A stretch of DNA of 31,750 bases. It comes from a virus (lineage: Duplodnaviria; Caudoviricetes). The translations under genes and the position numbers were made by a program. Where the stretch lies: positions 1 to 31,750 of the IMG/VR virus record IMGVR_UViG_3300011335_000166. One strand, 5' to 3'. Shown here piece after piece: positions 26,352 to 31,750 of this stretch (positions within the stretch are counted from its first letter, which is position 1; every line of letters starts with the position of its first letter). Below the pieces are notes generated by a model. The model had not been told where the DNA came from, did not search any database, and saw only the letters and a program-made list of their open reading frames with translations.

Positions 26352-26597
26352 ATGACCGATAACAACGAACCGTTCACCGACCGCATCAAAGGCTATGTCG
26401 AATCACAATGCGACATGGACTACATCTGCACCACATACGTGCTGGTCGCAACCATAGAAAACTTTATGACCAGTGAACAAAAGTTTTTTACGATATGCCC
26501 GCCTGAGCAGGTCACATCTACTACTATCGGACTACTCGAATCGGCTTCGGCCGCCGAAAAATTAAGGATAGCAAGACAGTTATTACAAGACGAATGA
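26352..26597 (+). CDS. Hypothetical protein
   Basis: Fills the gap; start uncertain (ATG 26352). Confidence 0.6.
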   Translation: MTDNNEPFTDRIKGYVESQCDMDYICTTYVLVATIENFMTSEQKFFTICPPEQVTSTTIGLLESASAAEKLRIARQLLQDE

Positions 26598-26615
26598 CCA
26601 TAGGAGGTCTGCACA

Positions 26616-26963
26616 ATGGATAAGAAATCAGCAATCATAATTCGGTCACTACAAAACGAACTGGCGTTAGAACGTCAAGCAGCCGACCAGCTCGCTGATG
26701 CGATAATCAACGGAGGAATGGATCGCGCATTCGAAGCGTTACGATTCCACGAACTATCCCGCAACGGATTCCTGTACCCAGGTGTCAAAGTTCCGGCATC
26801 GGCGGAAGCAAAGCCGAAGAAACAAGCCAAGCGTGGCAAACGATCACCCAACCATCCGACATACCGATGGGCAAGACCAGACGAAGTGGACAAAAACTTC
26901 TGGAAGACGTTCGACTGTGGACCATTCCAAATCAAACCACCAAACGAAGACAAGGAGGACTGA
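26616..26963 (+). CDS. Hypothetical protein
   Basis: Strong SD AGGAGG. Confidence 0.7.
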   Translation: MDKKSAIIIRSLQNELALERQAADQLADAIINGGMDRAFEALRFHELSRNGFLYPGVKVPASAEAKPKKQAKRGKRSPNHPTYRWARPDEVDKNFWKTFDCGPFQIKPPNEDKED

Positions 26964-27040
26964 TGCTGATACCTGCACTCGTGATACTAAATGTCATGAA
27001 CATCGCACTGTTAATCAAACGCAAAACACGCAAAGCCTAA
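26963..27040 (+). CDS. 25-aa hydrophobic/basic microprotein
   Basis: SD AAGGAGG and TGATG coupling; MLIPALVILNVMNIALLIKRKTRKA; its TAA runs into the next SD. Confidence 0.55.
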   Translation: MLIPALVILNVMNIALLIKRKTRKA

Positions 27041-27049
27041 GGAGGCAAA

Positions 27050-27358
27050 ATGAAACAGATATACATCAATACACGATTCGGGACAACCCGCATCAACTAT
27101 GACGAACACGCAGATGGTGACATCATCATCGTGGCAAGTCCAGGCACAACAATAGAAGCAGTGATCTACGAACACATCGAATGCTCAGGCATCAACCCTG
27201 AATCCATCGAGACATTCAAGATCATTGAAGACGTTGTGTTTGAGCCGGCATGGTACGGAGAGAAGCGTCGCGCACTATACAGCGACGAATCGCCGAACGA
27301 AAAATATCTACGAGATCTCATGGGCGATGACGCTTACGAGAACTACGAGAGCCAGTGA
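27050..27358 (+). CDS. Hypothetical acidic protein
   Basis: SD AAGGAGG. Confidence 0.7.
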   Translation: MKQIYINTRFGTTRINYDEHADGDIIIVASPGTTIEAVIYEHIECSGINPESIETFKIIEDVVFEPAWYGEKRRALYSDESPNEKYLRDLMGDDAYENYESQ

Positions 27359-27597
27359 CATCAAAGAAACAAGCAAAGAAGATCTGGTGCTATCCAACGA
27401 TCAGATTGATTGAACTGTGGCCACCGAACACCTACGCATCCTTGTTAGCGGAAGTGTTCGGTGTGTCACGGGCAACGATTAGCCGTTGGCGTAACGACCC
27501 GCAAGCAGCACTAACAATATGGCAAGCAGACAGATACGCAATCAAATTAGGAATGCACCCACAAGAGATATGGACCGACTGGTATGACAAGCAATGA
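27355..27597 (+). CDS. Helix-turn-helix DNA-binding protein
   Basis: LAEVFGVSRATISRWR...LGMHPQEIW. Confidence 0.8.
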   Translation: MTSKKQAKKIWCYPTIRLIELWPPNTYASLLAEVFGVSRATISRWRNDPQAALTIWQADRYAIKLGMHPQEIWTDWYDKQ

Positions 27598-28045
27598 GCA
27601 ACACTTCAAACGAGACGCATGGCTGTCAGGCCGACATCGACTGTGGGGACGAGATGTACCTGCGATGGACTTGGACTTTGTCCTCGCCGAATACGATCGG
27701 TGTGTGCCGGTCGCACTGGTTGACTACAAACATGAGAACGCCATCATCAACCTCGAATCGGCAAACACCAAAACGTTGACCGCGCTCGGCGACATGGCAG
27801 GCATACCTGCGTTCATCGTCCGATACGGCCACTCCAACCAAGACGGCTGGTGGGGAGATGTCGCAGCCGACTCCATCCCATGGTTCCAAGTCATCCCACT
27901 CAACGTGTACGCACACGGACAAGACATGCCATCAAACGACAACAACACCAAACTCAGCGAACTGGTCTACGTGTCATGGCTATATGACATGCGTGGCCGA
28001 AAGATACCGCAAGACATCGTCAACATCATCACACGCCATGACTAA
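27584..28045 (+). CDS. Putative PD-(D/E)XK-like nuclease-fold protein
   Basis: MDLDFVLAEY...ALVDYK...AGIPAFIVRY. Confidence 0.55.
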   Translation: MTSNEQHFKRDAWLSGRHRLWGRDVPAMDLDFVLAEYDRCVPVALVDYKHENAIINLESANTKTLTALGDMAGIPAFIVRYGHSNQDGWWGDVAADSIPWFQVIPLNVYAHGQDMPSNDNNTKLSELVYVSWLYDMRGRKIPQDIVNIITRHD

Positions 28046-28454
28046 AGATAAATGGAGTTGTAAGTTCTGTGGGCAAGGTGTTGGCTCAACTTTAATTGGT
28101 CGTTCAAATGTTAGAGGTAGATGGTTTGTGCAACTTAAATGTAAAGATTGCGGAGGTTGGCAAAATCCAAAGAAAAAATACTGGGATCAATTTGAAGACC
28201 GGATAGTAGGAAGGTCGAATCGTAAAGCGTGTTGTGCTGGTTATGGTTGTTCTAAATGTGAGTCAACTCCATGCCGAGTATGTGGGTCTTATGAGTATGT
28301 AGAACTACATCATTGGCTGCCATTTTACATTGCAAAGCAAAACAATTTAGCGATGGAAGATTATTTGCTTTGGCCAACAGATATTCTTTGTCAAGAATGT
28401 CATCGTCTTTGGCACAAGTTAGTTACACCAAATATGGCGAAAAAGAATAGCTAG
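28038..28454 (+). CDS. Cys-rich HNH-like protein
   Basis: Multiple CxxC, ELHH...LCQECHRLWH; AT-richer than its flanks; ATG 28038. Confidence 0.7.
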   Translation: MTKDKWSCKFCGQGVGSTLIGRSNVRGRWFVQLKCKDCGGWQNPKKKYWDQFEDRIVGRSNRKACCAGYGCSKCESTPCRVCGSYEYVELHHWLPFYIAKQNNLAMEDYLLWPTDILCQECHRLWHKLVTPNMAKKNS

Positions 28455-28479
28455 TAAGCAATCAATCCAAGGAGGGATC

Positions 28480-30309
28480 ATGTCCGTACTACAAACTGCA
28501 CTTGCGTACGCAAACAAACAAGTCCGCGTAATACCAATCAAACAAGGCGAGAAGCGACCGCCAATGCAAGGATGGCAGAACGCCGCAACATCCGACCCGA
28601 TCACAATCCGCTCATGGTTCGAAGGACAGTTCAAAGACTGCGGACTAGGTATAGCAACAGGCGAGTTCCGTGACCGCTACCTGATCGTCATCGACATAGA
28701 CGACCGACAACAGTTCAGCGGATCCGAAACATTAAACGACCTAGAACAGTTACACGGCAAACTTCCCGACACAGTCGAAGTCATCACAGGATCCGGCGGA
28801 CGACACATCTACTTCCTCACCGACGAACCAATCCGCAACGAAGCATCAGGCAGACTCGGAGTCGGCATCGATGTCCGCGGAATCGGCGGACAAGTCCTAG
28901 CACCACCAACAGTGCATCCGAACGGCCGAACCTACGAATGGGTAGAAGGCAAAACAATCGCCGAACACCGACCAGCCGACATGCCGTTATGGATGGTGCT
29001 GATCCTCACAGACAAACACACACAAGACACACCGACCACAACCCAGCCGGCACCAAGCATCCTCGAAGAAGACGGACCAGCATCCCGCTACTGCGCAGCA
29101 ACAACCTGGCCAGAACTATTAAGACAAGACGGATGGACACAAGCCCACACCGACCAATCAGGCGAATCACATTGGGTAAGACCAGGCAAAGAAATAAGAG
29201 AAGGCACATCCGCAACAACAAACTGGCAAGGCAAAGACATCCTGAAAGTATTCACCACATCAATCCCGAACCTGCCCGCAGGTGCATACACCCGATTCGG
29301 ATACACCGCAGCAATGCACCACCTTGGTGACAGGTCAGCGTTCGCGAAGAAACTCTTACAAGACGGCCGAGCATTGACACCAGTCGAGCAACCAGCCATC
29401 ACACAAACAATGCTCATCCAATGGGAAGACTTCTGGAACCAAACATTCCCAGCAGAAGACTGGCTGATCGAACCAATCATCCCACGCAACCAACTCGTCA
29501 CCATCTTCGCACCAGGCGGAACAGGCAAATCACTACTCGCTCTCTACATCGCAGCCGCACTCGCCACAGGCAAAGAAATCTTCGCCGAAGCCCAACCACC
29601 AACCAGCGTCCTCTACATGGACTACGAGATGTCCCAAGCCGTACTCTACGAACGACTCACCGCAATGGGCTACAACAAACACACCGACCTCACACGCTTG
29701 CACTACGCATCACTCCCACCAATCGCATCACTAGACAAACCCGAAGGAGCCAAACAGATCTGCGACCTGGCACGAGCCTGCCAAGCCGACCTAGTCATCA
29801 TCGACACATTCGCACGCGCAGTCGAAGGAGCAGAGAACGAAGCCGACACCGTACGCAACTTCTACCGCTGGACAGCCATCAACCTAAAACAAGAAGGCCG
29901 ATCACTACTCCGCATTGACCACGCAGGCAAAGACCTGAAGAAGGGTGCAAGAGGCACCAGCGCAAAGAACGATGACGTCGATCTGGTCTGGCAGATGACA
30001 AAGGTCGACGGACAACTCGTCCTGCTCAGACAGAAGCACCGGCACACCTGGATACCAGAACGCATCAACCTAGCAATCCACGACCAAGCACGCATGTTCA
30101 CCCACGATGTCAGAGGAGGCGAACGACTCGACCAAGCACTCAAGATGCTGGACGAACTCAACATTGATCCCAACATCAGCATTGATGCCATGTGGAAGTT
30201 ATGCCAAGACAAAGCCGACACCATCTACCGAGTCGTACGCAAGACCGCACGCCAAGCACACATGCAACGCCGAGAACAAGCCAATGATCCGCTCTTTGAA
30301 CAGTTCTAA
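28480..30309 (+). CDS. Bifunctional primase-polymerase (Prim-Pol) fused to an AAA_25/RecA-like helicase
   Basis: GIATG, VIDID, TGSGGRHIYF, GIDVRG, APPTVH; Walker A APGGTGKS, Walker B VIIDT, DHAGK, ARGTSA. Confidence 0.92.
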   Translation: MSVLQTALAYANKQVRVIPIKQGEKRPPMQGWQNAATSDPITIRSWFEGQFKDCGLGIATGEFRDRYLIVIDIDDRQQFSGSETLNDLEQLHGKLPDTVEVITGSGGRHIYFLTDEPIRNEASGRLGVGIDVRGIGGQVLAPPTVHPNGRTYEWVEGKTIAEHRPADMPLWMVLILTDKHTQDTPTTTQPAPSILEEDGPASRYCAATTWPELLRQDGWTQAHTDQSGESHWVRPGKEIREGTSATTNWQGKDILKVFTTSIPNLPAGAYTRFGYTAAMHHLGDRSAFAKKLLQDGRALTPVEQPAITQTMLIQWEDFWNQTFPAEDWLIEPIIPRNQLVTIFAPGGTGKSLLALYIAAALATGKEIFAEAQPPTSVLYMDYEMSQAVLYERLTAMGYNKHTDLTRLHYASLPPIASLDKPEGAKQICDLARACQADLVIIDTFARAVEGAENEADTVRNFYRWTAINLKQEGRSLLRIDHAGKDLKKGARGTSAKNDDVDLVWQMTKVDGQLVLLRQKHRHTWIPERINLAIHDQARMFTHDVRGGERLDQALKMLDELNIDPNISIDAMWKLCQDKADTIYRVVRKTARQAHMQRREQANDPLFEQF

Positions 30310-30314
30310 ACACG

Positions 30315-30510
30315 ACGGCGTGACACGGCGTAAAACAGGTAGTTACGCCGTCACGCCGAACACACACGGCGTGACCACGGCGTACGCCGTTTATGTCGCC
30401 AAACCCATATCTTTATTGGGCTACACTAACGGCGTGACACACGGCGTAAAACACAATCAGTCACATACGCCAGTCACCGCCATACATAGTATGGCGTGAC
30501 GGCGTGACCA
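30315..30510. repeat. Iteron-like GGCGT repeat array, putative replication origin
   Basis: 8 GGCGT plus 4 ACGCC copies, a 14-bp palindrome at 30377-30390 and an AT-rich centre, directly downstream of the primase-helicase. Confidence 0.7.
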
Positions 30511-30514
30511 CACC

Positions 30515-30814
30515 ATGACCCTCTCTAGACCATGCCTAACATGCGGCAATCTCACCACCAACACACGCAGATGCCCAGACTGCACCACCCTCTACAACCG
30601 ACTCCATCCCAAACCTGCCCGACCACACTACGCAGGCAACTACCAAGCACGAGCCAAAGCAGTCCGCGACTCCGCCCAGTACTGCTGGATCTGTCTCGAA
30701 GGCGCACGACCGAACGACCCGTGGACAGCAGACCACATTATTCCTGGCGATCCCGACTCACCGCTTCTGCCTGCTCACAAAAGTTGCAACTCGTCGCGCG
30801 GAAATAAAAAATAA
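30515..30814 (+). CDS. HNH endonuclease (gp74-like terminase cofactor)
   Basis: CxxC motifs, CWIC...TADHII...AHKSCNSSRG; small and upstream of the packaging locus. Confidence 0.85.
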   Translation: MTLSRPCLTCGNLTTNTRRCPDCTTLYNRLHPKPARPHYAGNYQARAKAVRDSAQYCWICLEGARPNDPWTADHIIPGDPDSPLLPAHKSCNSSRGNKK

Positions 30815-30942
30815 AAAAATAAAAGTCACGGAGAAAAAAATATGGAGTGGGTAAAAAGTTTGCAGGTACAGGCAGGCATGACCCATGCCGTTGGCGAGTG
30901 CAGGCGGGCGCAGTGCCGCACTACCGCCTACCATGGTTGGGC

Positions 30943-31479
30943 ATGACTGAAAAAACTTGTGAATGGTGTTGGATCAAATTAGATAAGCGTCCACGATTTT
31001 GCTCAGATAAATGTGGTCAGGCATATCACGATCAACTTGAAAGATTCGGTGTCGCTGATCATTCGAGACTTCCGATCTGCAGTTGTGGGAACTTGGCTTG
31101 CCCAGATCCGTACAAAACAAACAACAGACGCAAAATGGGCAGGCATCGAAAGTGCATGGATTGTCGAAAACTTAAATGGACAGAACAGCAAGCAGGTCGT
31201 GGTACTTACAAAGCAAAGCGGCGAAGAGAAGCAATCAAGGCTGGTGAGACAATCAAGTTTGATGATTTGTTGATGCGTGATGGACCGTTATGCCAGATAT
31301 GTGGAGAGCTTATGGATTGGAAAACTGGCAGGCATTGTCAACGAGTTAGTCTTGATCACATCATTCCGATTAGCAAAGGTGGTGCGCATACAATGGACAA
31401 TGTGAGATTGGTTCATTTGAGTTGTAATTCGCGCAAAGGTAACAAGGTTCCTGCACATGTGTTATGCCTCGACCAGTAA
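30943..31479 (+). CDS. Second HNH endonuclease (zinc finger plus HNH), likely mobile
   Basis: CEWC...FCSDKC, RDGPLCQICG, LDHIIPISKGGAHTMDNVRLVHLSCNSRKG; AT-rich. Confidence 0.88.
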   Translation: MTEKTCEWCWIKLDKRPRFCSDKCGQAYHDQLERFGVADHSRLPICSCGNLACPDPYKTNNRRKMGRHRKCMDCRKLKWTEQQAGRGTYKAKRRREAIKAGETIKFDDLLMRDGPLCQICGELMDWKTGRHCQRVSLDHIIPISKGGAHTMDNVRLVHLSCNSRKGNKVPAHVLCLDQ

Positions 31480-31750
31480 CTGGTGTTGGCCGTGGTGGTC
31501 AATCAACTCCTTCCGAGGTAAAGCGGCTTCGTGGCAATCCTGGTCGGCGTCCCTTGAGCAAGGCTTCACCTATGCCAGAGACTGCGCTTGCGCTAGTCGA
31601 CTTGTCGGTTGTGCCGGTCGCGCCGAAAGGTTTGGGCAAGATTGGCAAGCAATACTGGACGGTCTTGTGGACTGGTGGTCGGCGTCATCTGTCCGAGTTG
31701 CACGACGGTCCGCCGATGGGTCGGCTCTGTCGGCACTATCCGAAGAACTA
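31464..31750 (+). CDS. terS: Second, divergent terminase small subunit allele (3' truncated by window end)
   Basis: Open frame MPRPVTGVGRGGQSTPSEVKRLRGNPGRRPLSKASPMPETALALVDLSVVPVAPKGLGKIGKQYW..., homologous to 79..621. Confidence 0.85.
   Translation, partial: MPRPVTGVGRGGQSTPSEVKRLRGNPGRRPLSKASPMPETALALVDLSVVPVAPKGLGKIGKQYWTVLWTGGRRHLSELHDGPPMGRLCRHYPKN

Noticed and set aside
27355-27597. Immunity repressor or temperate lifestyle
   Set aside because: A lone HTH with no recognisable integrase, partition genes or divergent switch; lifestyle remains unproven.
30107-30499. 130-aa ORF across the repeat array
   Set aside because: It overlaps the helicase out of frame and its repeats simply translate the DNA repeats; I cannot fully exclude it.
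30315-30510. Possible CRISPR mini-array
   Set aside because: Repeats are 5-12 bp, in both orientations, with no regular unique spacers.

Overview
The window looks like an essentially complete ~31.4 kb genome of a tailed dsDNA phage with a siphovirus-type (HK97-like) layout. All credible genes are on the + strand, and a WhiB-family gene points to an Actinomycetota host. Gene order: terS, terL, portal, two accessory virion genes, a multidomain prohead protease, major capsid, three glycosyltransferases, neck/tail genes with a -1 frameshifted tail chaperone, a stand-alone AEP primase-like gene, tape measure, distal tail and fibre genes, a secreted PA14/mucin-like protein, lysis genes, a secreted transglycosylase, WhiB, resolvase, exonuclease, SSB, small early genes, a primase-polymerase/helicase, a repeat-rich putative origin, two HNH genes, and the start of a second, divergent terS copy. 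I recognised no integrase, tRNA or CRISPR array. Highlights: (1) the two window ends carry alternative versions of the packaging locus, with or without an HNH insertion and with different terS N-termini; (2) the protease polyprotein carries a HiPIP-like 4-Cys domain and repeated acidic-Arg putative cleavage sites; (3) an AEP moron sits in the tail operon; (4) there is a glycosylation cluster plus a mucin-like surface protein; (5) several structured RNA-like elements occur, including tandem covarying hairpins, a hairpin displaying anti-Shine-Dalgarno sequence and a CTGCAC start-associated motif. All functional calls come from motif recognition and synteny by eye; no database search was run.
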